In this document: piece by piece, positions 41,563 to 51,140 of the stretch
Layout: each line of letters starts with the position of its first letter
How positions within the stretch are numbered: position 1 is the stretch's first letter
From: Blastocatellia bacterium
GTDB taxonomy: Bacteria > Acidobacteriota > Blastocatellia > UBA7656
Length of the DNA stretch: 64,000 nucleotides
Assembly: GCA_963765495.1 (NCBI GenBank)
Contig: CAVXWP010000001.1
Coordinates: 288,001-352,000, forward strand
Direction: 5' to 3'
The notes under the pieces: generated by a model
What the model saw: the letters and a program-made list of their open reading frames with translations, nothing else
The model's database searches: none
Told to the model about the DNA's origin: nothing
Position numbers and translations under genes: made by a program

Positions 41563-41714
41563 AATCTCAGTGGATGCCCTGAGCGAACCAGGGAAGGGAT
41601 CAACTTTAAGAGGCCGCCGGGCGAGTTTGATCGGAGCTTAAAACCGAGTTGAACCGACGAGCGTATTGAAACCGGCAGAACTATGCTGTATACCCTCTTA
41701 AAGGAGATAAGGAT

Positions 41715-42209
41715 ATGAAGACAGGCAGGCTGATAAAAGCCTTATCGATAATCGCGCTACTGTGTTGGATCGCTATCGCGGGCGCGGCTCAGATGAAAAG
41801 CGTTGCCCCGAAACACGTCGTGGATGCCGAGTTCAAGGCGCTCATAGACAGCTACTATGCCGCGTGGAATACGCTCGATCTCGAACAGCCCGACAAGTAT
41901 TATGCTAAGGACGCGGACCTGACTTTTTACGATATAGCCCCGCTTCAGTACAAGAACTGGGCCGAGTATAAAAACGGCGTCAAGCAGTTGTTCACCCAGT
42001 ACTCCAGTTTCAAACTGATACCAAACGACGACCTGAAAGTAGTTCGTCACGGAGATGTAGCCTGGACACTTTTGACTTTCAAGATTTCGGCAGTGGAAAA
42101 AGATGGCACGCCGTCTGAACTCGTGGCCCGGCATACGGCAATCTGGGAGAAACGCGGCGGCAAATGGCTGATCGTGCACGAACATGTATCGGTGCCGCTT
42201 TCCGATTAG
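41715..42209 (+). CDS. Exported NTF2/SnoaL-like protein
   Basis: Signal peptide; GDVAW, RHTAIWEKRGGKWLIVHEHVS. Confidence 0.85.
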   Translation: MKTGRLIKALSIIALLCWIAIAGAAQMKSVAPKHVVDAEFKALIDSYYAAWNTLDLEQPDKYYAKDADLTFYDIAPLQYKNWAEYKNGVKQLFTQYSSFKLIPNDDLKVVRHGDVAWTLLTFKISAVEKDGTPSELVARHTAIWEKRGGKWLIVHEHVSVPLSD

Positions 42210-42252
42210 GTATAATCTGAGATTTGAAATCTGAAATCTCAAATCAATAGAC

Positions 42253-43641
42253 ATGATAGTGATGAAATTCGGCGGCACATCCGTCCAGGATCAAGCCGCC
42301 ATCAATCAGGTAGCAAGTATCGTTGAGGGTCGAATCGAACATGCCCCTGTCGTGATCGTCTCGGCAATGGCTCGCGTCACAGACGGGTTGCTAAGCGTCG
42401 CGCGCGCGGCCATGAACCGCCAGTTCGATGAAGTGATGCGTGTCGTTACGGAATTGCGCGAGCGCCATCTGATAGCCGCCCGCCAGTTGCTCGCAGATGC
42501 CGTTTCCGAGAGCAGGCTGCTCAATACGACGGAGCAAGCCATCCATGAGCGCTTTGCCGAACTCGAGCGGCTCGTGATGTCTGTGACCACGCTCGGCGAA
42601 CTGACGCCCCGCTCTCAGGATGCGATTGTTTCATTTGGCGAGCGGTTGTCATCGGTGATTGTCGAGGCTGCGCTCAGGGCGCGAGGCATCAAGAGCGAGC
42701 TTGTCGATTCGCGCCAATTCATTATCACCGACGATCATTTCACGAGCGCCTCGCCCCGCGTGCCAGAGACCGAATCTCGCGTCCGACGGGTGTTGCTGCC
42801 TATTATCGAATCCGGCCGCGTGGCCGTAGCGCAGGGTTTTATCGGCTCGACCGAAGACAATGTGACTACGACGATAGGGCGAGGCGGATCAGATTATTCG
42901 GCGGCCCTGATAGGCACGGCTCTCGATGCCCGTTCCATCGAGATATGGACCGACGTTGACGGGCTTATGACCGCCGACCCTCGCGTAATCCCCGAAGCGC
43001 GGCGAATAAGAGTGATTTCGTTTGCCGAAGCGGCGGAACTTTCCTATTTTGGGGCCAAAGTCTTGCACCCGAGCACGGTGCTGCCCGCCGTTGAGAAGGG
43101 GATACCCGTCCACATCTACAACACTCGCAATCCGTCGTGCGAAGGGACGCTGATCATAGCGCGGCCCGCGCCTTCGCGTAACCTCATCAAGTCAATCGCA
43201 TTCAAGCGCGGCGTCTCGATAGTCAATGTCACATCCACCCGGATGCTTATGGCGTACGGATTTCTGCGGGCCATTTTCGATGTCTTTGACCGCCATCAGA
43301 CATCCGTCGATGTCGTGACAACATCGGAGGTATCCGTCTCGATGACGCTGGATAACACCGATCACCTTGAAGCCATCAAAAGCGACCTCTCCCACATAGG
43401 CGGCGTGACGGTTGATCGCGACAAGGCGATTGTTTGTGTGGTTGGAGACAATTTAAAATTCAAGCCCGGCGTTGCCGCGCGACTGTTTCAGGCCGTCAAC
43501 ACTACCAACGTAAATATGATCAGCCAGGGCGCATCAGAGATAAATCTCACTTTTGTTATTGATGACGGGGAAGTAGAACGAGTAGCGCGCTCGCTGCACA
43601 ATGAGTTTTTCAATCAAATTGACCCGGATGTGTTTGCGTGA
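42253..43641 (+). CDS. lysC: Aspartate kinase
   Basis: KFGGTSV, GRGGSDYSA, WTDVDG, FGAKVLHP, two ACT domains. Confidence 0.95.
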   Translation: MIVMKFGGTSVQDQAAINQVASIVEGRIEHAPVVIVSAMARVTDGLLSVARAAMNRQFDEVMRVVTELRERHLIAARQLLADAVSESRLLNTTEQAIHERFAELERLVMSVTTLGELTPRSQDAIVSFGERLSSVIVEAALRARGIKSELVDSRQFIITDDHFTSASPRVPETESRVRRVLLPIIESGRVAVAQGFIGSTEDNVTTTIGRGGSDYSAALIGTALDARSIEIWTDVDGLMTADPRVIPEARRIRVISFAEAAELSYFGAKVLHPSTVLPAVEKGIPVHIYNTRNPSCEGTLIIARPAPSRNLIKSIAFKRGVSIVNVTSTRMLMAYGFLRAIFDVFDRHQTSVDVVTTSEVSVSMTLDNTDHLEAIKSDLSHIGGVTVDRDKAIVCVVGDNLKFKPGVAARLFQAVNTTNVNMISQGASEINLTFVIDDGEVERVARSLHNEFFNQIDPDVFA

Positions 43642-43711
43642 TGCGTGATTTACCTGTCTTGCGGGTTATCTTTAAGAGGCGACTTCCTGAAAATCACGCA
43701 TCACGCATCAC
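43636..43711. repeat. 7-mer-periodic inverted repeat between convergent genes
   Basis: GCGTGATGCGTGATT / AATCACGCATCACGCATCAC. Confidence 0.8.
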
Positions 43712-43715
43712 TGCT

Positions 43716-44819
43716 TTAGCTTCCTTCGCCAAAGCCGGTCAGTCGGCCGTCAAACATCATATCCGGGCCGAGTCGCCGCATCTTGATTGAGGAGAATGTT
43801 ATCGCCTCACTCAGGCGGGTTATGCCCAGTTCGCCTATGGCTTCCCGGCCACGGCCAATTATTTTTGGAGCTATAGCGACAACGAGGCGGTCAACTTTGC
43901 CCGCCGAAAGAAGCGAAGTCATAATACCCGCCCCGCCTTCGACCAGAACCGACGCCACTTTTCGGCGGCCAAGCTCGGCAAGCAACTTCGAGAGGTCTAC
44001 GCCTGAACGTCCGGTTGCTTTGGGCAATCGCAGTACTTCCGCCCCGGCTTTTTCGAGTTCACCGGCGCGAGCGGTGTCGCACAGATCGGTTGTAGCAATC
44101 AGCGTATGATGAGCCGCCCCGCCCGCTATGACACGCGCGCCTAAAGGTATGCGCAGGCGGCTGTCAACGACTACGCGAAGAGGGTCGCGCCCGTTTACAA
44201 GCCTGACCGTCAGGCGCGGGTCGTCGGCAAGGAGGGTTCCAATGCCTACGAGGATAGCGTCGTGCTCGCGCCGAAGTTGATGGGCCAGCTTTAAGGCGGA
44301 GGTGCTGCTTATCCATTGTGAATCGCCGCTAGCCGTGGCGATGCGCCCGTCGAGCGTTTCGGCAAACTTTACCGTCACAAACGGCTCTCCCGTCTTTGAA
44401 AACTTCAGGTATCGTTCATTCGCCTCGCGGCATTCCTGCTCGCACAGACCCGTCTCGATTTTGATGCCTGCCGCTCTGAGTCGCTCAAGCGCGGGGCGAG
44501 CATCCTCCGGGTGATTGAGAAGACCTATCACCAGGCGATCCGGGCGGCATTCGATTATCCGGCGCAGACAGCCTTCTATATCGGTCGAATCGGAGCCCGG
44601 CTCGGCATTGGTGTAGATGGTTGCGCCGCGAGCAAGTGCGCCTGCCCGGTCGAGCGCAGAGACGATGGCGGAACCTTTCTCGCGTGCAAAACCCCGGCCC
44701 ACTACTTGACTGTCGGCCAGAACAACTCCGCCCACGAGAGGCTCACGCGACGGTCTATTTGTGCCCTTGCGCGCCAGGCGCAAAGCTTCGCGCATAAATC
44801 GTTCGTCTGTTGGTTTCAT
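43716..44819 (-). CDS. ribD: RibD-like protein: intact reductase, degenerate deaminase domain
   Basis: Reductase motifs TLDGRIA, WIS, DAILVGIGT...DDP.LTVR, VEGG; deaminase HAE and PC motifs absent. Confidence 0.8.
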   Translation of the reverse strand: MKPTDERFMREALRLARKGTNRPSREPLVGGVVLADSQVVGRGFAREKGSAIVSALDRAGALARGATIYTNAEPGSDSTDIEGCLRRIIECRPDRLVIGLLNHPEDARPALERLRAAGIKIETGLCEQECREANERYLKFSKTGEPFVTVKFAETLDGRIATASGDSQWISSTSALKLAHQLRREHDAILVGIGTLLADDPRLTVRLVNGRDPLRVVVDSRLRIPLGARVIAGGAAHHTLIATTDLCDTARAGELEKAGAEVLRLPKATGRSGVDLSKLLAELGRRKVASVLVEGGAGIMTSLLSAGKVDRLVVAIAPKIIGRGREAIGELGITRLSEAITFSSIKMRRLGPDMMFDGRLTGFGEGS

Positions 44820-44920
44820 GACTGGACCGATTTCAGTTTAACTCAGCGCCGAGACCACCGTGAAGTCGCTCGCCACTTCGTTTGCAGATCGTTTTGACTT
44901 GCGGATAGAATCAGGTTGGT

Positions 44921-45283
44921 ATGATCGTCGAACTGGTAAAAGAGTTTTCCTTTGAATCTGCGCACCGATTGCCCGAAGTGCCAAAGGGTCACAAGTGCGC
45001 CCGCCTGCACGGACACTCCTTCCGATGTGAGGTTGCCGTGCGCGGCGAGGTGAATCCAAAGACAGGGTGGTTTATTGACTACGCCGAAATAACCGAGGCG
45101 TTCGAGCCTTTGCGCGCTCGACTCGATCACTATTATCTCAACGAGATTGACGGGCTTGAAAACCCTACAAGCGAGAACCTGTCTCGCTGGATATGGGAGC
45201 GGCTGGAAGGAAGGCTTGCGGGACTTCACCGCGTGACGATACGCGAAACCTGTACGGCGCGATGCGATTACTTTGGCCTGTAG
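44921..45283 (+). CDS. queD: 6-carboxytetrahydropterin synthase
   Basis: SAHRL, CARLHGH, LDHYYLN, NPTSEN, RET. Confidence 0.95.
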   Translation: MIVELVKEFSFESAHRLPEVPKGHKCARLHGHSFRCEVAVRGEVNPKTGWFIDYAEITEAFEPLRARLDHYYLNEIDGLENPTSENLSRWIWERLEGRLAGLHRVTIRETCTARCDYFGL

Positions 45284-45300
45284 CCCGCGCTTTTTACTAC

Positions 45301-45936
45301 ATGCGAATCACCGAGATTTATAAAAGCATTCAGGGCGAATCGAGCTATGCCGGGCTGCCCTGCGTCTTCGTTCGCACTACCGGATGCGATCTGAGGTGTA
45401 GCTGGTGCGATTCGGAATTTACCTTTACCGGCGGCACGCGGATGACGCTTGACGAGATTACAGCCGAAGTCGAAAAGTACGCGTGCGATCTGGTGGAACT
45501 GACGGGAGGCGAACCGCTCTTGCAGCCCGAAATTTTCGAACTGGCCACGCGGCTCGCGGACGCGGGCCACACGGTCCTGATCGAGACGGGCGGGCACCGC
45601 GACATATCAGGCCTCGATGAGCGAGTGATTCGCATAATGGATTTGAAGTGCCCCGCGTCGGGCGAATGCGAAAAAAATCTCTGGTCCAACCTTGATAACC
45701 TCCGCCCGGTCGATGAGGTGAAATTCGTAATTGCCGGTCGCGGCGATTATGAATGGGCTCTGGCCACCATCCGCGAGCATCGCCTCGAAGACCGCGCAAA
45801 GATTTTGATCTCAACCGTATTCGATCAGGTCAAACCGCAAGAGGTTGTCGAATGGATGCTCGAAGACAAATTGCGCGCCCGCTTTCAGCTTCAACTCCAC
45901 AAATACATCTGGCCGGCTGATGCGCGCAGGGTCTAA
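45301..45936 (+). CDS. queE: 7-carboxy-7-deazaguanine synthase (radical SAM)
   Basis: SIQGE, CDLRCSWCD, TGGEP, QLHKYIW. Confidence 0.92.
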   Translation: MRITEIYKSIQGESSYAGLPCVFVRTTGCDLRCSWCDSEFTFTGGTRMTLDEITAEVEKYACDLVELTGGEPLLQPEIFELATRLADAGHTVLIETGGHRDISGLDERVIRIMDLKCPASGECEKNLWSNLDNLRPVDEVKFVIAGRGDYEWALATIREHRLEDRAKILISTVFDQVKPQEVVEWMLEDKLRARFQLQLHKYIWPADARRV

Positions 45937-45971
45937 CGAGATTTGAGACTTGAGAACCGAGATTTGAAATC

Positions 45972-48179
45972 TCAGCGCCGTTTTCTGAGTCGTTCCAACC
46001 AGGACAAAGGAGAATGGCCGAGGCTGTTGGCAGGCGGCTTGATGCCAAGCAGATCGGCCACAAACGGAGCCACGTCTATCGAGCGAATAGTCTTTATCGT
46101 TAAGCCGTGTGGCAAAAGCGGCCCCCGAGTGATGAAACTGGCGAGCATCTCATCTCGCGTAGGCCTGAAGCCATGCGCTCCGTAAGGCGCGCGGCTTTGA
46201 GTGACGACATCCCCCGTCAGCGAATCAGAGACGGCGTATCCGGGCGACAGCTCGAAATACACGTCTCCATCTGCCGGGCCGCCGATCCCAAATTCGTCCG
46301 CATACTCTTTAGCCTTGAAGAATCGCGTGAATACCGGTCGCCCGGTTTCAGGGTCTCGCACCTTTCGAAGCGCCCGCTCGACCTCATCGGCTACCGCATC
46401 GCGCTCGCCTGTGGGCACTATGCCTCCGAGCCAGTCTTTTGTGTTTAGCAGCACTGAATACTTCAGGTAAAATGCCTTGGTCCGCGATTGATCAATTCTG
46501 CCCTCGTCATTTACGAAGAGTAGACCGGCATCGCGCAGCGCAACGTTTACTCTCACCTCTTTTGCTATCGGAGACATGCCGTGATCGCTTACAAAGATGA
46601 GGTATCCGCCTGCTCCCGCGAGTTTGTCGAGCAGCGCCACGCGGGTGTCAATTGCCGCGTAGCCCCATCGGCGATAAATATCTATTCGGCGTTTTACCTT
46701 TTGCGCGACTCGTGTTACATCCGGGCGCGCAAGGCCGTACCACGTGTGCTCCATCTCGTCGGGATAGGGGCAATAATCCATCAGCAGGCGAGGGTGATAA
46801 TGGTCATAAAGCCAGTTTGTCAGACGGTTAAACTGGCGTATGACCATCTCCATCCCTTCAAGATAACGCCGCTCCGCCGTTCCATTTCCCCCCGCGTATA
46901 ATTGCTTTCCGAGCAGCCCGTCGCTGTATAGATAAGAAGGCCCGTTGCCGATAAAGCCACCGGCTTCTTTCAAAATGGTCTTTACGACGGCGCGGGAGTT
47001 TTCAGTGCCGTCATACATCGCAAGCTCATAGATGCCCGGCTGGTAAAGAAAGAAATCGCCGCCGTCCCGGGCAAGTTCAAAGAGCCGAAAATAGGCGATT
47101 GTCGGCGTTGCTTTTTCGCCTGCCGCAAGCGGCAACCCCTCGCTGAAATGGCGGGCGAGCGCGCGCGCGCGCGGAGGCGCGCTTTCAAGTGGGGCGGGCG
47201 CTACTCGCACTCGCGGCCCCTTGCGGTCGATAGCCACAAACATCGCCGTGTAGCCCTGTGCCCGGTTCTTTTCGGCTACGAGCGCGCCGTGGAAGGTCAC
47301 ATCTTTTACGGTCCAACTGAAGGCGCGTACGGGCAGCGCAGATTTCGGAAGCGCGGGTGTCCATTCGCCCGAATCTTCCGGCTTCGAATTGGCGGCGCGA
47401 ATGACCGTGCCCGGCGCGAGCATCCGTGGCCCGTACCCGCTCACAAGAACAGGAGCGGGGTCTCTTCCCGGCCCCGTCACCACGGGCGCAAACGGGTAAT
47501 TTTGCGTTGTTTGATGCGCGACTACGCTCACGCCCTGCCGGGCTGCCGTCACCCACAAAGGTTCGGCGCGAAGCAGGTCGCCGTCGTAACCCGAGCGTTG
47601 TTCGAATGCCGTATGCTCGTTTCTGGGCAGGAGCCGGTTCTCAGCCGAAGCGATCCCGTTCACATTGCTGTAAGCTCCTGTCCAGAGGGATGCGTGGCCC
47701 ACGGGTGTGACGCTTGGGAATGCCTGAATCATGCCGCGAGCCGTAACTCCACGGGCAGCTATTCGCCGAAGCGAGCGCAACTGGCTTGTGACCGGGTCTT
47801 TTGACCAGATGTGATAGGCAAATCCATCCAGGCTCGCGAGTATGACTCTTGTCTGCGGGGCACTTGCCTGCGGGGCACTTGTCTGTGGGGCGCTTGACTG
47901 CGACTTCTGGGCATCTGATTCCGGGCGAGCCCCGGCGGCTACGGGAAGAATCCCTCCGCAGACAAACAACGCGATCAGAAGAAGGGATAAGACACTCCCG
48001 GCAAATCTTGAGAGAGAATTATACTCGTTTCCGTTTGACTGTAGGGGCAGCCCTTGTGGCTGCCCGGATCGCGCGTTAGCGCGATGGCAGCCATCGCCCT
48101 TCGGGCGATCCGGGCAAGGACAAGCCTTGCCCCTACATTTGCTCCATATGCATCTGGAAACCGGTCTATTCTTTTGCAT
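45972..48179 (-). CDS. Exported alkaline phosphatase/nucleotide pyrophosphatase family protein (start uncertain)
   Basis: SLDG, FPSVT, DEMEH, SDHG, GAHG. Confidence 0.85.
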   Translation of the reverse strand: MQKNRPVSRCIWSKCRGKACPCPDRPKGDGCHRANARSGQPQGLPLQSNGNEYNSLSRFAGSVLSLLLIALFVCGGILPVAAGARPESDAQKSQSSAPQTSAPQASAPQTRVILASLDGFAYHIWSKDPVTSQLRSLRRIAARGVTARGMIQAFPSVTPVGHASLWTGAYSNVNGIASAENRLLPRNEHTAFEQRSGYDGDLLRAEPLWVTAARQGVSVVAHQTTQNYPFAPVVTGPGRDPAPVLVSGYGPRMLAPGTVIRAANSKPEDSGEWTPALPKSALPVRAFSWTVKDVTFHGALVAEKNRAQGYTAMFVAIDRKGPRVRVAPAPLESAPPRARALARHFSEGLPLAAGEKATPTIAYFRLFELARDGGDFFLYQPGIYELAMYDGTENSRAVVKTILKEAGGFIGNGPSYLYSDGLLGKQLYAGGNGTAERRYLEGMEMVIRQFNRLTNWLYDHYHPRLLMDYCPYPDEMEHTWYGLARPDVTRVAQKVKRRIDIYRRWGYAAIDTRVALLDKLAGAGGYLIFVSDHGMSPIAKEVRVNVALRDAGLLFVNDEGRIDQSRTKAFYLKYSVLLNTKDWLGGIVPTGERDAVADEVERALRKVRDPETGRPVFTRFFKAKEYADEFGIGGPADGDVYFELSPGYAVSDSLTGDVVTQSRAPYGAHGFRPTRDEMLASFITRGPLLPHGLTIKTIRSIDVAPFVADLLGIKPPANSLGHSPLSWLERLRKRR
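48040..48137. repeat. GTAG-type REP doublet (REPIN-like)
   Basis: TGTAGGGGCA...TGCCCCTACA ends with internal palindromes; AGCAAATGTAGGGGCA also at 58845-58860. Confidence 0.8.
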
Positions 48180-48246
48180 TTCGTAATAAAGGAATCCCCG
48201 GAATAACCGAGCGAGCAATTGGCAGGTCACTCGATACTCTTTCGAG

Positions 48247-49014
48247 TTACATTCCCATGATGTGATAACCGCTGTCTACGTGAAGGATTTCTCCGGTCAC
48301 GCCGCGCGACATATCGGAAAGCAGAAACATCGCCGCGTCTGCGACTTCGGCCTGATCCACGTTACGGCGCAGAGGCGCGTGATTTCGCATGTGTTCGAGT
48401 ATCTTTGAAAATCCGCCGATGCCTGCCGAGGCAAGCGTCTTGACCGGCCCGGCTGAAATCGCGTTCACTCTTATCCCGCGCGCCCCAAGGTCCCACGCCA
48501 GATAACGCATGCTCATGTCGAGCGAGGCTTTTGCTACGCCCATGACGTTGTAGTGCGGGATGACTCGCTCGCCGCCCAGATAGGTGAGCGTCACTATGGA
48601 GCCGCCCACGCCTTCCATAAGCGGCGCGGCGTGACGGGCGATGGCCGTAAGCGAATAAGAGCTTACCTCTTGCGCGATGCGATACCCGTCCCGAGATGTG
48701 TTTAAGTATTCGCCTTCCAACTCTTCTTTCAGGGCAAAGGCTATGCCGTGAACCACGAAATTGAGTTGGCCGAACTCTTCGCGAATGCGATCAAACACCG
48801 TGGCTACCTCTTCATCCTTGTTGACATCGCAGGGCAGCACCAGCGGGTTATCAATGGTGGCCGCAAGCGCGCGCGCGTTCTCTTCCAGTCGCTCGCCCTG
48901 ATAGGTGATAGCGATCCGCGCTCCCTCTTCGGCTGCCCGCCGGGCGATGGCCCAGGCCAGAGAGCGTTTGTTTGCCACTCCGAAAACTATTCCGGTCTTT
49001 CCGTCTAATAGCAT
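48247..49014 (-). CDS. fabI: Enoyl-ACP reductase
   Basis: GVANKRSLAW, YNVMGVAK, NAISAGP. Confidence 0.95.
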   Translation of the reverse strand: MLLDGKTGIVFGVANKRSLAWAIARRAAEEGARIAITYQGERLEENARALAATIDNPLVLPCDVNKDEEVATVFDRIREEFGQLNFVVHGIAFALKEELEGEYLNTSRDGYRIAQEVSSYSLTAIARHAAPLMEGVGGSIVTLTYLGGERVIPHYNVMGVAKASLDMSMRYLAWDLGARGIRVNAISAGPVKTLASAGIGGFSKILEHMRNHAPLRRNVDQAEVADAAMFLLSDMSRGVTGEILHVDSGYHIMGM

Positions 49015-49062
49015 GGTTCTCCTCTGAATAATCTCCGATTTGAGATTTGGGATTTCAAATCC

Positions 49063-50937
49063 TTATTGTCGTTTGTCGGGCGTGAGCTTCAGAGTCACTT
49101 CGCGACCGTCGCGACGAACGACGATATCGACTTCCTGTCCGGGGGTCAGTTCGCCAAGCGCGAAGGTATAGTCGTACACGTTTTTGATAGGAAGCCCGGC
49201 CAGTTTCGTGACCACATCGCCTGCGCGCAATCCGGCGCGTTCGGCCGGCGACCCTGCGCGCACTCCGTCAAGTTTTAGTCCTTCCTCTTGATCCGAATAG
49301 TTGGGAACCGTACCGAGATAGACTCGGAAGCCGCGCCCCGTTGGTCTTGATTCCGTTTTGACGCGGGTAAAGGCTATGCGCTCGGGCTCGGATGCAATCG
49401 CCTCGGTAAGGTCTCGCACAAACTCGACTATCTGTTTTTCGCCTTCGAAATTTATCTTATCGGCGGTGTCTGACGGCTTATGATAATCGTCGTGCGTGCC
49501 GGTGAAGAAGAAGAGGACCGGAACGTCTTTCACATAAAAAGATTGATGATCGCTCGGCCCGTAGCCGTCCTGAGAAAACTTCATCTGAAACCGTGCGCTC
49601 TCTTTCGGGCCGTTGAGTTTTTCGAGCAGACTGTTCCAGGCGGGCGAAGTGCCTACGCCGCCGATCATCAGAGAATCTTCGCGGAGGCGACCGACCATGT
49701 CCATATTGATCATCGCAACCGTAGAGGCGAGGGGCACCAGCGGATTTTTGGTATAAGCGGCCGAGCCGAGAAGCCCAAGTTCTTCGCCCGAAAAGGCTAA
49801 AAAGAGGATGCTCCGTCGGGGCCGGTTGCTATCGGCAGATAAGATGTGCGCCAACTCCATCAGCGCAGCCGTCCCCGATGCGTTATCATCGGCGCCGTGG
49901 TGTATTTCTCCTTCCGGGTTTTGCGCGAGCGATTCTGAGCCGCCCAGACCCAGATGATCGTAATGCGCGCCCAGGATTATGTATTCATCCTTGAGTTTGG
50001 GATCGCTGCCGGGCAAAAGGCCGACCACGTTTGCGCTGTTGCCGTCGATCTTTTTCACATCGGTTTTGAACTCGACCGTCACATTCTTGACCGCAAGCGG
50101 CGCGGGCGATTTGACCGCCTGCTTTTCAACCTCGTCAAGCGACGAGCCCGAGGCGCTAAGCAGAGACTGGGCTACCTGCCGAGTTACCACGACAGCGGGA
50201 ACGCCAGCGTCCAGAAAATTCAAATCGTGGCGAAGCCGGGATAATACATCGTCGTGAAAATCCTTTTCGGAGCTGACAAATATCACTCCGCTAGCGCCTT
50301 TCTCTCGGGCCTTGACGGTCTTTTTCTGTATCTCAAGCCCGGGCGCGGTATAGTCGGCAAATCGCCCGTGAGGGTTGTCGCCGTCGGGGCTGCCGCGCAT
50401 TATCATCACGATCTTTCCGGCCGGGTCAACGCCTGCGTAGTTGTCATATTGAAGCTCGGGCGCGCTGATGCCGTAGCCCGCAAAGACCAGCTGACCCGAA
50501 GCGGGCGTGGATGAAGAAAAAGCCAGAGGCATGTAATCTTCCGTTACCTTGAGCGAGCGCGGACCGGCAGCCGTCTTCACCTGAAAGCTGTTCTCGTCTC
50601 CAAGCTCGACGCGCGAAACGAATGTAAAAGGCTGACGATAATTTGTTCCCGGGAGAGGTTGTAACCCGGCGGCGCGAAATTGGCGGGATATATAATCTGC
50701 CGCGCGGTCAGCGCCCGAGGTTCCGGCGCGGCGGCCCTGCAATTTGTCGCTTGCCAGATATACTATGTCGCGCCTGAGCCTGAAAAGCGAAACGCGATTA
50801 TCCCGGGCGGCTTTCGGCGCGTGCTGGCCGTAGACCGCAAAGCTATTTATATTCGTTATTGGCGTAACCGGCGCGATCAGCAAAGCAATCGCCGCGAGCA
50901 ATAGCCCGGCTTTTTTAATCATCGTAAGAACTCCCAT
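49063..50937 (-). CDS. M28 aminopeptidase with PA and PDZ domains
   Basis: GAHYDH, GADDNASG, GEELG, NMDMVG, YH; C-terminal PDZ. Confidence 0.93.
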   Translation of the reverse strand: MGVLTMIKKAGLLLAAIALLIAPVTPITNINSFAVYGQHAPKAARDNRVSLFRLRRDIVYLASDKLQGRRAGTSGADRAADYISRQFRAAGLQPLPGTNYRQPFTFVSRVELGDENSFQVKTAAGPRSLKVTEDYMPLAFSSSTPASGQLVFAGYGISAPELQYDNYAGVDPAGKIVMIMRGSPDGDNPHGRFADYTAPGLEIQKKTVKAREKGASGVIFVSSEKDFHDDVLSRLRHDLNFLDAGVPAVVVTRQVAQSLLSASGSSLDEVEKQAVKSPAPLAVKNVTVEFKTDVKKIDGNSANVVGLLPGSDPKLKDEYIILGAHYDHLGLGGSESLAQNPEGEIHHGADDNASGTAALMELAHILSADSNRPRRSILFLAFSGEELGLLGSAAYTKNPLVPLASTVAMINMDMVGRLREDSLMIGGVGTSPAWNSLLEKLNGPKESARFQMKFSQDGYGPSDHQSFYVKDVPVLFFFTGTHDDYHKPSDTADKINFEGEKQIVEFVRDLTEAIASEPERIAFTRVKTESRPTGRGFRVYLGTVPNYSDQEEGLKLDGVRAGSPAERAGLRAGDVVTKLAGLPIKNVYDYTFALGELTPGQEVDIVVRRDGREVTLKLTPDKRQ

Positions 50938-51007
50938 TTTGAAATCAGGATTTGTTATTGAACTGAGAAAGCATCATATCGGTGAGCGTGAATCAGTGTC
51001 AATGGGT

Positions 51008-51140
51008 GGGGGCCGGGGGCCAGGGGCCGGGGGCCGGTTTATTGGCGATCTTGGGTGTTGATTATACGATAGCTACTCATATTCGATCAGTTATTTCCAA
51101 ACAGAATTACCGGCCCCCGACCCCCGACCCCCGGCCCCCG
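51008..51140. repeat. 7-mer-periodic inverted repeat (GGGGCCG)
   Basis: Four G-rich and four C-rich heptamers; abuts the mlaD stop. Confidence 0.9.

Noticed and set aside
40975-41700. ECF sigma without an adjacent anti-sigma as a novel system
   Set aside because: Orphan ECF sigma factors are common and nothing further supports it.
44921-45936. queD/queE as a 7-deazaguanine DNA-modification island
   Set aside because: No dpdA/tgt-like or defence genes nearby; ordinary queuosine synthesis explains them.
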